Source of the DNA: Lama guanicoe
Lineage: Eukaryota
Length of the DNA stretch: 64,000 bases
Assembly (NCBI GenBank): GCA_013239625.1
Contig: MU053934.1
Location: forward strand, 5,474,399 to 5,538,398
Direction: 5' to 3'
Part shown: positions 1 to 12,917 of the stretch, in pieces
How positions within the stretch are numbered: the stretch's first letter is position 1
How the letters are laid out: each line of letters starts with the position of its first letter
Notes under the pieces: generated by a model
Database searches by the model: none
What the model saw: the letters and a program-made list of their open reading frames with translations, nothing else
Told to the model about the DNA's origin: nothing
Position numbers and translations under genes: made by a program

Positions 1-934
1 AACACTTTCCATGTAACAGCTAGGAAATTCTAAGAGTACATCAAAAATACATCTTTTCTTCAAATTTATCAAGACTTAGTCTGAGAGCATTCATACTAAT
101 CACTTTAGTTGGGATTAAATATAAATTTAGTAATATTGAGTCAGCTGACCAAAAGCCAAGCTGCAAAGGGGATCTTTAGCAAAACTTCACGGAAGATTAC
201 CTGCAAACATCTCATAGGCTAACTTAGCAGATATAAAACCCAGCCGTTAAGAAGTTCTGAAAGCTCTGTACTACAGAGCTCAGAAGAGAAGGGGGAAGAG
301 GGCAAGGGGAACTTTTTTCTTATCAGAGCCAGCAAGGATATCATACAGAAAATGTTCCTACTCTAAAGACATACAGGTTTAAATTTACTTCCTACCCACA
401 GAAACTATTTGCTACATCGGAAAAAACTTCTAATGCACATTTATGGCAAGACACTCAAGAGGTTTTGCTTAGTTTCAAATATATGACGCTGGTTTTGGCC
501 ATGGGTGTAGAGTCAAACATCTTGCTACACTGTTATTCAAAATAGCATCCCTTCTAATCTTTGTAAACAGGTACAAGAATCACTGTTAAAAAGAGGGAAG
601 CTTCTAGGCAAAGGTTAGGGCCTGTACGAAGGCTTTCTAATTGGGTTAAATGTAGGGGGAAAGCTCGTCCCTATGTAGAAATGAGATATGGGACAGCAGA
701 ATTTAATATAGATATTCCAAAAGAGGAAAATGTTAGAAATGCTTTTGTTTTTAACAATTATGTCATAGTGTTCCAGGTGGGGAAGAGGGGTAAGGCAGGG
801 GGGTAAGAGGGTAACAAAGACAGGTAAGCTATGTACTGAGAGAGCAGGACAGGGAACCTAGACAAGTTGGGTGGCCTGTCAAGGGCTGCTATATAATCAC
901 TGTGGAGTAAAAACATTTAAAGTGCACATGGAAA

Positions 935-1185
935 GCAGTATGACGTAGCGGTAAAAAGCATGGATTCTGAAGCCAGACCATCTAGTGCAACCTCAGCTCT
1001 ACCACTTACCAGGTGTGTGGCACTGGACATGTTCTTTATCTACTTTGCCTTTCAATTTCATCATCTGTAAAATGGGATAATAAGAGCATCCATTTCATGT
1101 AGTTGCTGCAAGGATTAAAAGGGCTAATAGTAAGGAGTTTGGAACACTGTCTGGTACATGGTAAATCCATGGTGTTAGTTACCAT
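935..1185 (+). mobile_element. MIR SINE
   Basis: MIR core: ctctaccacttaccaggtgtgtg...tttcatcatctgtaaaatgggataataa. Confidence 0.75.
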
Positions 1186-1329
1186 TATTTTATTTTAAAT
1201 ATATTTTTATATTTTGCTGGAATTCTTACAAAATCCACTAAGAATTCCATACTCAAGAAAGACATCTCTTATGTTTTGGGGTTTGTTGCATTTTCCTGTT
1301 TGGTTTCTACTAGTTTTTTTTTTTCTTTA

Positions 1330-1450
1330 TTCTATTAAGCCATGTATGAAAGAGATTTGCAAAAATGTAAAACAATGCTATCCTCTTACTATTATGGAAA
1401 AGAGTTATTTCTCTTAAAACACATTATCTATGTTAATACATAATAGGATT
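1330..1450. mobile_element. hAT-Charlie1-like DNA transposon fragment
   Basis: gagatttgcaaaaatgtaaaacaatgc motif; the reverse-complement counterpart occurs near 8580-8612. Confidence 0.55.
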
Positions 1451-1572
1451 TTTTTTATTGATTTACAATATTGTATTAGTTTCAGGTCTACAGCAAAGTG
1501 ATTCAAGTATACATATATTTCTTCATATTATTTTCCATTATAGGTTATTACAAGATACTAAATAAAGTTCCC
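1450..1572 (-). mobile_element. Short artiodactyl-type L1 3' tail
   Basis: Poly-T followed by attgatttacaatattgtattagtttcagg...ggttattacaagatact, homologous to the L1 tails at 52880-53040. Confidence 0.7.
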
Positions 1573-1621
1573 AGTCTCTACTAGTTTTTAATGATTTATT
1601 TTTAAAATATAAGGCTGTCTT

Positions 1622-2568
1622 CCAAATGCTGGAGAGGCTGTGGAGAAAGAGGAACCCTCCTACACTGCTGGTGGGAATGCAGTTTGGTACAGCCACTGTG
1701 GAAAACAGTATGGAGATTCCTCAAAAGACTAGGAATAGACTTACCATAGGATCCAGGAATCCCACTCCTGGGCATATATCCAGAAGGAACCCTACTTCAG
1801 GATGACACCTGCACCCCAATGTTCATAGCAGCACTATTTACAATAGCCAAGACATGGAGACAGCCTAAATGTCCATCAACAGATGACTGGATAAAGAAGA
1901 TGTGGTATATTTATACGATGGAATACTACTCAGCCATAAAAACCGACAACATAACACCATTTGCAGCAACATGGATGCTCCTGGAGATTGTCATTCTAAG
2001 TGAAGTAAGCCAGAAAGAGAAAGAAAAATACCATATGAGATCACTCATATGTGGAATCTAAACAGCAAACAAACAAACAAACAAAGCATAAATACAAAAT
2101 AGAAACAGACTCATGGACATAGAATACAAACTTGTGGTTGCCAAGGGGGCGGAGGGTGGGAAGGGATACACGGGATTTCAAAATTGTAGAACAGATAAAC
2201 AAGATTATACTGTATAGCACAGGGAAATATACACAAAATGTTATGATAAATCACAGAGGAAAAAATGTGACAATGAGTGTGTATATGTCCATGAATGACT
2301 GAAAAATTGTGCTGAACACTGGAATTTGACACAACATTGTAAAATGATTATAAATCAATAAAAAATGTTTAAAAAAAGATTATACTGTACGGCACAGGGA
2401 AATATACATAAGATCTTATGGTAGCTCACAGAGAAAAAAATGTGACAATGTATATATATTCATGTATAACTGAAAAATTGTGCTCTACACTGGAATTTGA
2501 CACAACACTGTAAAATGATTATAAATCAATAAAAGATGTTTAAAAATAAATAAAATAAAAAAATAAAA
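1622..2568 (+). mobile_element. Young 5'-truncated L1 (ORF2 C-terminus plus 3'UTR with duplicated tail)
   Basis: ORF 1819-2061 (MFIAALFTIAKTWRQPKCPSTDDWIKKMWYIYTMEYYSAIK) is the L1 ORF2 C-terminus. A-rich tail; TSD taaaatataaggctgtctt at 1603-1621 and 2569-2587. Confidence 0.93.
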
Positions 2569-3296
2569 TAAAATATAAGGCTGTCTTGGCTATGCTTAAG
2601 GGAAATAATAAAAGATTTGTCCACTTGTGGAGAATTTTAAATGGGAAATACTCTAGCTCTGGGTTTAGGCATGGTCAGGCCCAAGAAATGAGTGAGGGTG
2701 AAGGAAGGAAAGCTCAGAGAGAAAGCTCGGAGCCACACACAGAGCTGGTCTTTCTAACTTAGAGATTATCTTCCAAAACTGTTCTCAAACCTTGAAAGGT
2801 CTGTGTAATAGAGCACACTTTCTGATAAGCGATCAGGGTGGGAATGAAGTTCACACACTTGGAGTTTTGTTGTTGATTTTTTTTTTAAAGCATTACCTAG
2901 CAGCACTACCTTCTTTTCTCCTTTTGGCTTACTTCCTTCAAGAGTAATTTAAACTCCAATCTCCTAGTGCCCAAATTAGCTCAGAGTGCTCCTGAGTGGC
3001 TGGAAATGAAAGGCAATCAACCTAGTTTGTTATACCCAATGGAACATTCCTCCATTGTACATAAAGGAAGACAGCAACAAAAGCTAACAGAATGTTCCAT
3101 AAACTTAAAAAAAACTTAGAATAATCACACCCACTCATGGGCTTTCAAAAGCACAGAAAGAGAATCATGTTAGTTCAAAAGCATAAGAGCACAGCCTGAC
3201 TGAAAATGATCAATCTAATTTTACTTTGTAAACTGACTAGATGGAAAGGGAGATAGAACTTGGCAATAGAAGCCAGGGTCCCTAAGTTACTTTTTT

Positions 3297-3417
3297 TTTT
3301 TTTGTCGGGGGGTGGGTGACCTTTATTTATTTATTTTTAGAGGAGGTACTGGGTATTGAACCCAGGACTTCATGCATGCTAAGCATGAGCTCTACCACTT
3401 GAACTATACCCTCCCCA
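3297..3417 (-). mobile_element. tRNA-derived SINE (camelid vic-1-like)
   Basis: Reverse complement ggggagggtatagttcaagtggtagagc...gtcctgggttcaatacccagtacc with A/B boxes; TSD ctaagttactttttt at 3282-3296 and 3418-3432. Confidence 0.88.
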
Positions 3418-3519
3418 CTAAGTTACTTTTTTAGTCTTTAGCCTTGTATTAAAAGAGTTTTAATGTAAAGGTGACTTTAAGCTTAAAACAATTAGAGATA
3501 ATTTTACAAATCTTTAAAG

Positions 3520-5740
3520 TCAATTTTATTGAAGTGTAATTTAGATGTGATAAACTTCACTCATTTTAAGCATACAGTTCAATGGGTTTTGACAAATGTA
3601 AATGTCTGTATAACCACTGTAACAATCAAGATACAGAACAAGATAGTTCCATCCCCTCAAGTTCTCTTACACTCCTTTGTAGTTAACTTCCCTTTCTACT
3701 TCTGGCCCCAGGCAACAACTGATAGGCTGTCACTCTAGAGAAACCTGAATTTTTTACCTCAGACTTTATTTTTGAGAAATAATTCACATACTATTCAATC
3801 CCAATTCAGTAGTTTTTAATATATTTCTAAAGTTGTACAACCATCACCACTCTCTAACTCCAGAACATTTTCATTACCCCCAAGAAATCTGTATCCATTA
3901 CCAGTCATTCCCCACCGCCATCCCAACCCCCTTGACCAGGCCCTGGCAACCACTAATCTTTTCTATCTCTATGGATTTGCCTATCCTGGACATTTCATAT
4001 AAATGGAATTATACAACATGTGGCCTTTTGTGTCTATCTTCTTTCACTTGGCGTAATGTTTCCAAGGTTCATCCATTTTATAGAATATATATCGGTACTC
4101 TGTTCATTTTTTATTGGTGAATAGTATTCTGTTGTGAGGATATACTAAATTTTGTTTGTCCATTCATTCATCAAATAATGGATATTTGGCTTGTTTCCAC
4201 TTTAGGCTAATGCTTCTATGAAAATCTGCATACATGTGTTTGCCTGGATAGATGTTTTCAATTTTCCTGGGTATATACCTAGGAGTAGAATTTCTGGGTC
4301 ATATGGTAATTCTGTTTAACTTTTTGAAAAAATGCCAAACTGCATTTTTCAAAACTTTTTATTTTAAGATAATTATAGATTCACACTCAGTTGTAAGTAA
4401 TAATACAGAGTTCCAGTTTATCCTTCACCCTGTTCCCCTTGATAACATCTTGCAAAACTACAGTGCAACATTACAGCCGGGATATTGACACTGATACAGT
4501 CAAGACACAAAACATTCCATCACTACAAGGATCCCTCATGTTGACCTTTAACAGCCACAACTACTTTCCTCACAGCATCACCCTATCCTTAGCCCCTGAC
4601 AACCATCAATCCATTCTCAATAACTATAATTTTGTCATTTCAAGGATGTTACACAAATGAAATCATGTAGTATGTAACCTTTTGGGATTTGCTTTTTCAT
4701 TCAGCATGATTCTCCGAAGAGTTGTCCAGGGTGTTTTATGTATTAATAGTTTGCTCCTTTAAAAAAAAATTGTTAGTAGTATTCTACAGCCTGAATTTTT
4801 AAGAATATTACATAAATGGTATCATTCAGTTTATACTCATTTGAGTCTGGCTTCTTACATTCAGCATAGTATTTTTGAAATTCATTCATCTTTTTTAATG
4901 CATCAGTGATTTGTTCATTTTTATTATTAGTAAGTTTCCACTTTAAGGATGTACCACAATTTATCCGTTCACCTGTTAATGGACATCTAGATTGTTTCCG
5001 GTTTGGAATTATTGGTGCTATGAACCTTCATGTACAAATATGAATATGTGTTTCCATTTCTCTTGGGTAAAGACCTAGGAATAGGATTGCTGGGTTATAT
5101 GGTATACGTTTAACTTTACATGAAGTGTCAAATTGTTTTCAAAGTGATTATATTATTTTACATTCCACCAGCAGTGCACAAATTCCTGTTGCTCCAGATC
5201 CTTGTCAACACTTGGTGCTGTCAGCCTTTTACATTTTAATTATTCTAGTGGGTGTATAGTGGTTATCTCATTGTGGTTTTAATTTGCATTTCCCTCATGG
5301 CCAATGATGCTGAGCATCTTTTCATGTGCTCACTGGCCATTTACATATTTTTTGAAGTGTATGATCAAGTCTTTTCCCATTTTTTTAATGAGGTTGTCTC
5401 CTTATTATCAAGTTTTAAGAGTTCTTTATATATTCTAGATACAAGCCTTTTGTCAGTTAAATGTATTTTAAGTATTTCCTCCCACTTTATGGCTGGTCTT
5501 TTCTCAACAATGTACAAAGAGGAAGAAATGTGTCTAAACTTGATAAAATCCAATTTAAGAATTTTTCTGTTATAGTTCATGTTTTTATGTCCTTTAGCTT
5601 TTACATTTAGGTCTATGACCCACTTTGAGTGAATTTTTTGTGTATGGTCTGAGGTAAGAGTCAATGTCTTTGTTTTTGTTTTGCATACAGATAGCCAGCT
5701 CTTTCAGCATTCTTGGTTTAAAAGGTGTCCTTTACTGATT
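3520..5740 (-). mobile_element. Composite of nested old L1 (L1MB/MC/ME-like) 3' fragments
   Basis: Several L1 3'-end motifs; minus-strand ORF 5365-5664 (HSKWVIDLNVK...DKRLVSRIYKELLKL) is degenerate ORF2. Confidence 0.8.
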
Positions 5741-6547
5741 TATACATTTTCATTTAAATGAAGAATAGAAAGAAAAATAAAATAACACTCCTTCTAAATA
5801 CTCCAAACCACTACCATTTCAGCAGAACAGAAAATTGCCACACCTTCCCCCACAACCCTGCACCTTCCCAACTCAGGCCTGAGCAGCAAGGTTCACTGGT
5901 TCAGACAAGAAGCAGTTTAACTTCCTGACAACAAATAGATGTCTTTTTCTGAAGTTATTATATGAGTTCACACAGAAAGGAAAGAGAGTAAGCCCCCACC
6001 ATTCTCCCAAGTTGCTGTGAGGTATGTTGGATGTATTCTCACTCATAGTCATTCACTATGGCTTCCACCAAGAAGCAAAAGAAGCAACTAACAATATGGC
6101 CTTCAGCAACACAGATGGGTGGCACAGGAGGTGCAAAGAGCAATGCTTTAAAAATCAGAACAAGAGGAGTCCAAGCTATGTGATCTTAGGTAAGTCACTG
6201 AACATTCTTAGCCCCCAGTGTATTCGTCTGTAAAATGAAGGTTTTGCATCAGGTTATCTCTAAGATCCCTTTCCAGTTAAACATTCTAGAATGCCAAGGA
6301 GAAACCTACTTGTCCTTTCTTTCAAGAGTCACAAAAATGGTCCCTCCAAAAGTATCAAATTGTGAACATTTATCAAATGCAGAATATAGTACTAGAAGCA
6401 AGTTTTCCTTTCTGTATTCTATTTTATCCAATGTTTCCACACTAATTAGACATCATATAATCTTTCCAACCACTGTATTCTATATTCTGATTTTGATCAT
6501 TTTGAGAAGTGTTTACTACCCAGGAAACATACCAACAGATCATCTTT

Positions 6548-6678
6548 GGTGGGGGGACAGGGGGTAATTAGGTTTATTTTATCTACTTATTTTTTTAATG
6601 GAGGTACTGGGGATCGAACCCATGACCTCATGCCTGCTAAGCATGCGCTCTACCACTAAGCTATATCCTCCCCGCTCC
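6548..6678 (-). mobile_element. vic-1-like SINE
   Basis: A/B boxes and aaacctaattacc tail; TSD gatcatcttt at 6538-6547 and 6679-6688. Confidence 0.88.
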
Positions 6679-6754
6679 GATCATCTTTCTTTCTTTCTTT
6701 CATCTGTTCATCTCAAAGTCAATAAAAATATCTGTTGAAACAATACTTGTCAAC

Positions 6755-6890
6755 TGTAATATGCACCTGAGGATTTTGTTAAAACACTCCTACTGCATGT
6801 CTGAAGTGGAGTGTGGGACTTGCATTCCTAACGAGCGCCCAGGTGATACAGATGCTGCTGGTCCTTAGAAACACACTCTGCGGAGCAAGG
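6755..6890. mobile_element. MER5A-like hAT MITE
   Basis: tgcattcctaacgagcgcccaggtgatacagatgctgctggtcc motif. Confidence 0.65.
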
Positions 6891-8104
6891 TGTCACAAGG
6901 TGTTAGCAAGGTCACAGTGTCTGTTTGGGTAGCCTAATTAATGTTAACACCGTAAGTTTTCAATACGCTACACGATGAAATATTTTATAAATTAATCTTA
7001 CGGCATCGATTTGAGGAATATAGTCTAATTGATTTTCATAAGAATAAGAAAATCAAGGTCAATTTAATTAACATTTACTTCTTCAACATAAATGCTTCAG
7101 TTCCTATCTACAGGGCAAAGATAAGGCAACATGAGTTTTATGCCTAAGAGAACTCAGGTTATTCTTACTTAACAAAAACAAAAAAATAACTTAGTGTGTT
7201 TCTAGTCTATAAAAGCTTCCGAAAGGTTCAGCAAATTGAGAGTAAGTTAGGAAGGATCTACAGCTCTGCCAAGAACATGGCCTAATAGAAACACTGCAAA
7301 GATAAATTTCAATAAATCTTACAAAATAAAAACAAAGGCAAAAAGTATACAAGGGATTTATACAAACTAGAGTGGTCAGAAAGAACAGCCTAATGGGATG
7401 GAGTGTCCTCTTACCACTCATTGTTTGGTCAGTGGAGTGCTCTGAATGCAGAAATCCCAAATCAACAGTTCTAGCTCCTAACCCAAGACTCTACACTTCC
7501 AGTCACTTTCTCCCTGTATTAATTCCCTACATGTACACACACACAAACTATTTAGTATGTGTTTTATTTGAATACAAAAGAAATGTACACTTAGGATGGA
7601 ACATTAGAAAGACACAGGAAAACTTAAAGAAAAAAAACCCTATGAAATCCCACTACCCTGAGATAGCTATTAATATTCTTATGCATATCCTTACAGTCAT
7701 TTTTTTGGATTATATGGATAAATGGTAAACATTTTCCCACATCTTTAAATTATCTTGTGACTACATTAGTATCCAATCATATGAATGTATCGTAAGTTGT
7801 TTAACCAATACCCTACTGTTAAAAAAAAATAGGCTGCTTCTGTTGGTTTTTGTTTTGTTTTTTTTTCTATTATAAAAGAATACTGCTATGTGCATCCTTA
7901 TATATATAAGTCTCATGCATCTTTTAAATTTCCCTTAGAACTAATTCCCAGAAGTATTTCAAGGTTAAAGAAGAAACTTTTTTTTTTAATCTTCAAGAGT
8001 TGTGGTAAGTGTCAGAGTACACAGGAAAAAATAAAAAACTATCTGCCCCTAATAGTATTCAAAATCCCAACTATAAAAACAAAGCAACCACAATAACATC
8101 AAAA

Positions 8105-8325
8105 ACCATATAGCACTGGTTATGTGCCAGGAATTATTATAATCGTTTTACATATGTTAACTCATTTAACACTTACAGCAACTTTCTGAAGTTGTATTAC
8201 TACTATTATCATTATTATTTTCTTAAAACAGATGAGGTAACAGGCACAGGGAGGTTAAGTAATTTGCCCAGGGTCACACAGCAAGTAGTAGTGGCAGAGC
8301 TAAGAATCTGGGTTCCAAAGTCTAT
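8105..8325 (-). mobile_element. MIR SINE
   Basis: acagatgaggtaacaggcacagggaggttaagtaatttgcccagggtcacacagc. Confidence 0.8.
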
Positions 8326-8334
8326 GCTCTTATT

Positions 8335-8700
8335 CTTCTCAAACATTTTGATGTCAGGACTCCTTTACCCTCTTACAGTTAACAGTTACCTTCCTACAGA
8401 GTTTTTGTTTATGTGGGTTATATCCATCACTACTTATCATATAAGAAGTTAAAACTGAAAACATTTAAAATATTTATCATTTCTTTAAAAAACAGTAATA
8501 AACCCAACTACATGTTAACATAAATAACATTTTTATGAAAAAATGATTCTTTTCCAAAAAAAGAAAAAATAGTAGAGTGCCATCATTTTATCATTTTTGC
8601 AAATCTCTTTAATGTACAACTTACTAAGACAGTGACTCTTCAGACGTGAGACTGCATTCAATCTGCTGACATGTCGTCCATTGTGTAGCTCTGGAGAACT
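8335..8700. mobile_element. hAT-Charlie1-like fragment
   Basis: catgttaacataaataacatttttatgaaaaa...tttgcaaatctctttaatgt. Confidence 0.6.
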
Positions 8701-8789
8701 ACACAGTACACTGCAGTGCATGCTACGCAAGAGCTGGAAGTCATGTTTTTAGGAACATACTTGCCTAAAACATATTCCAAATTTTTTGT

Positions 8790-9660
8790 TAAATCATTTA
8801 TTCAAGAACTATTATTAAGTGCATACTATGCACCACTATCCTTATAGGCACTGGAAACACAGCAGAAAACAAACGAGAAAAGTCTCCTATTTTGAGGTAT
8901 TTATTTTCGAGTAGGGAAAAACGGAAGTAACCAATAAACAAATAAGTCACATACAGTCAGTCCTCCGTATCTGCAGGTTCTGAATCCATGTATTCAACCA
9001 ATCACAGATCAAAAGTATCCGGAAAAAAATTCCAGAAAGTTCCAAAAAGCAAAACCTTAATTTGCTGTGCAGGCAACTAGTTTACATTGTGTTAGGTATT
9101 ATAAGTAATCTATAGATGATTTAAAGTATATGGGAGAATATGCGTAGGTTATATGCAAATAATATGCCATAAGGGACTTGTGCATCCATGATTTTGGTAT
9201 GCGGGTGGAAGAGGCCCTAGAACCAATCCCCATGGAAACTAAGGGACAGCTGTATTCTGTCAGATGATAAGCGATATGAAGAAAAATAAAAGCAGAATTT
9301 TAAAAAGTTGGTGGTCAGGGAAGGCCTAACTGAGGAAGCGACATTAGAACAAGGATCTGAAGCAGGAGCAGGCCATGAGGCTACCCAGCAGAAAGTACTC
9401 CGAACGAAGGAATACCAAGTAGAAAAGCCCTTACAACAGGAGCGTTCCCTGAGGTGTGCAGGGACAGTTGAGAGGCCACCACAGCTGGGATAGGCTGAGC
9501 AAGGAAAGAGGAGCAGGAAACACAGTTAAGGAGCTCTAGGGCTGAGGCCAAAACATGCAGGGCCTTGCAGGCAACAGAAAGACTTGGGCATTTTCTGTGA
9601 ATGAGAACCAATGGCCGGTTCTCAGTGAGGAGGGATATGATCTGATCTTCATTTTAAATG
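8790..9660. mobile_element. L2 fragment interrupted by MER2
   Basis: L2 motifs cattattcaag...tattaagtgcatactatgc and ggtggtcagggaaggcct...gatatgatctgatc. Confidence 0.65.
8954..9252 (-). mobile_element. MER2/MER2B (TcMar-Tigger) MITE
   Basis: Terminal inverted repeats cagtcagtcctccgtatctgc / agggacagctg with TA duplications on both sides; homologous copy at 57660-57966. Confidence 0.85.
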
Positions 9661-12600
9661 GAACATATAAGTAAGTGGTGTTCAAAGTAAAAAACCTAAT
9701 ATTAAATATCTGTTCCATCTCTTACTGTGTGTCTTGAAGCCTCGCTGAGCCTCAGTTTTCATGTCTGTAAAGTGTGAAGATACAGATATCTTAAAGTTGT
9801 GAAGACCAAATAAGATAATATACATAAAAACACTTTAAAATTATGACACACTATAAAAATTTCACTACTGAGTTTATTTTCACTATGTAATTGCCACATA
9901 CACCTGTTTTCTAGGCCCTCTGGACTTACCAGACTGCTGTCACCACCCCATTTACATGGCTGCCGTGAGATTAACGTTGTCCCAGACCCGTAACTGCATG
10001 TGCCTAGCCTGGAACTGCCCTTTAGCTTGCTGGGAGCAAGGCAGAGAACGCTGCTTTTTGTTGTTGATGGCAGAGCAGGGTTTTTAGTGTTTTTTTCCTT
10101 GTTATTATAAAGAAAATCCTTTCAAAAATAATGCATGTGGTAATCACAGAAGTGAAGTTCCAAAAAAAACAAAACTGTATGAGACTCATCTTTATTTAAT
10201 TTGGCACTGTTCTAATAAAGCTAAAACTGTGGTTCATGGTCTTGACAGCTGCCTCATCCAAAAGGAAACAAAAGGAAAGAAAAAAAGAGAGACAGATGAA
10301 TTCAAATTCCTTTGATCTGGGTCCTAACTCTAAAGAGACCTCAGATAAATCAATGAGTCAGAGAAAGAGCAGTAAGATGTAACCCAGAATACTGATGACA
10401 ACAGCTGTCTGTCTGCCTACCTGTCTTCTGAGATCATCATCAAGGTATGAGGTCATCACCCAGGCCAGAGAAGGCAGGGCAAGAAGGAGGTCCACCAGAG
10501 AACCACAGGGCCCATAGCATCTGACTTCACTTCTCAGAGGCAGGAGGTGGACACTGGTTTTTATCTCTACCTCTTAAGATGTGAGTCAGTCTGAGTAGCG
10601 ATAAAAACCTGCAATGGAAAAACTCAAAAGAAAACCAAGATCTCTGGGGGAAATTATAAATAACCTCATACATCAAAGGTCTTTTGGTTTCTTTGTAAGT
10701 ACGTTATAGCAGAAAGAGCACTGCAATGGGGGTAAAGAAATGACTCTTCCTTGCATCTCTGCTACTAATTAATTATGTGACTTCAGGAAATAAAACCTCA
10801 ACAGGCCAATTTCCTCATCTTAAATAAAGGAGAGGACAAGAAAATACCTAAGATTTCCTTCAAGCTCTAAAATTTCTTGAATATAAACAAAAACATAAAT
10901 CTTAAAAGCCCATATTAATATTAGAATATCAGTGGACCCAAAAGGTAGTTACTATGGAAGGTTCTGGAGTTTTTCACCATCTCTGTAGACCTCTGAGTGA
11001 TGTGAACCCAGAGGGCCCTTCCTTAAATAATTAACGCATCACCAAAAAGGGCAAAAACTGACTGTCCATCATCTTCCTTCAACCTTAATTTTTATGAATT
11101 ACTACTTCTCTCTCTCCAACCCATACTACTATAAAATATACAGGTCAGAGGTAAACTGTAATTATCAGGGAACTAAAATTTAAATAATTATGCAGGAATT
11201 AAGTATACAGACATTAAGGGATGAGAGAGTAAGTGGACTGAGGAAAGAATTTTATTAATTATTAATTACTTAATATTTTTGAATGGCAGCATGTATGTGG
11301 TACAAACATAAAAAATTTTAAAGGCATAAACTAACAACAGTTTTCTAATGAACAAATCAAACAGGGTACTTAAAGGACTTCAGTGTATATTATGCTGTAT
11401 TTGTTAGGTTGGATAATGTCTCCATGGGTTTGTGTACACTATATACTGTTGTAAAATGTATTCTATATATTCTTTCACAATTACAGGCTATTCCATAAGC
11501 ATAATGAACTTAAAAGAACAAAAAGTCTCTTCCATTCCTATCACCCAACTCTCCATCCCCCTTCCCTGAGGCAGCCACTGTTAGTTTCTTATAGTCCTCC
11601 AGGGAGATTCTACACATTAACTAGAGTGGTGAGACGGAAAGAACAAACCAGCTCCCTAACTGTGCCTCATTAAGATCAGGTGTGTGACATGTGACCAAAA
11701 CAAACCTAGGAAACTGCTTCAATCCTTTTCTCTACTGGGGAACTATGACCCAATGTTGCAGAGTTATAAACTAGTAAGACTGCACGGACTGGATGCAGGG
11801 ACACAGCCTGCCCAGCCAAAGCCTTACAAAGCTCTCAAGAGCCCAGCATTCTTTTGTTCTAAAATACACCAGAGTCAATGCTGTGCCCCAATATTCCTCT
11901 AACCTTAGCTTTAGAAATCCTAAATGTCCATCTCAGATAATTAGTTTTCTAATCACTGTGATCTAGATAGGTTTCCACAGTGGTGACAGATGCTTTAATC
12001 CCCAAACTGTGGCTTGCTCAGAAGATCAGGACACTTAGATTTAGCAGTACACATCACAGGAGATCACTGCACATCCTGAGATGTGGAAGAACTTCAGTTC
12101 TGAAAGCCATGCTTTCAAGTGCACATGCTTTGGGCAAGACCTGGCTAACATACAGGACAATGGTTAAAGGATTCATGTCTTAATACTAGAACAGATCTTA
12201 AAATACTTCTATAAAATCTTGATTTAAAAGGTTTACACCTATTTTCTAGGGGAAGTATGCCACACCAGATTTCTTCATTCATTAAAACATACACACACAC
12301 AAACTGAGTGTCTACCTTGTGCCAATGTCAGAAGCCAATATACAGATGAATATACTGCCTTTGAAAAGCTAACAATCTAATTAGGAAGACATAAAAAAAG
12401 ATAAATAGTCTGCATTGTAAAGGTGGTGCTGCAGGAACAGAGAGAAGGGAGAGCTGATTCTATCCAGAGAAGTCTCACAGAAAGGCAGCATCTGAACTGG
12501 ATTTCAAAGGGTCAGAAAGAGACCACCAGCAGTGAGGAGGATGAAAGACTTCATGTGCAAGTATACCTCACCCAAATCCCCAAGCTCCAAACACTAACTG

Positions 12601-12842
12601 AAAACTGTTAATAAATACACAATACACCCTGGAACGCTGCTGTAATATTCAGTACCTTTAGTTTAATTTAGAGTAAAGACCTTCCATCTTGTATCTTGCC
12701 TAAAGGGGTTTCATTGCTTTAAAAATTTCATTAAATAGTAGTTTCCCCTATAAAGCACATATTCATAGAGATCCAAATACTTTATTGCTGGAAAACCTAC
12801 AGCTCACACAGATAGTCTAAATGTCTTGATGCCTTGCCTTTT

Positions 12843-12917
12843 TGGGGGAGGCAGGTTAATTTGGTTTACTTATTTATTTTTCTTTCCTTTTTTTTTTTTA
12901 AATGGAGGTATTGGGAC
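12843..12917 (-). mobile_element. 5'-truncated vic-1-like SINE
   Basis: ggtttacttatttattt...aatggaggtattggga matches the 3' half of the other copies. Confidence 0.6.

Noticed and set aside
1819..2061. 80-aa ORF as a host gene (likewise ORFs at 5365, 52532, 53073 and 56281)
   Set aside because: These are L1 ORF2 fragments within truncated or frameshifted elements.
6950..7010. CpG-rich patch with 7-bp inverted ends (ccgtaag/cttacgg) as a possible snoRNA or miRNA
   Set aside because: The stem is too short and there are no convincing C/D or H/ACA boxes.
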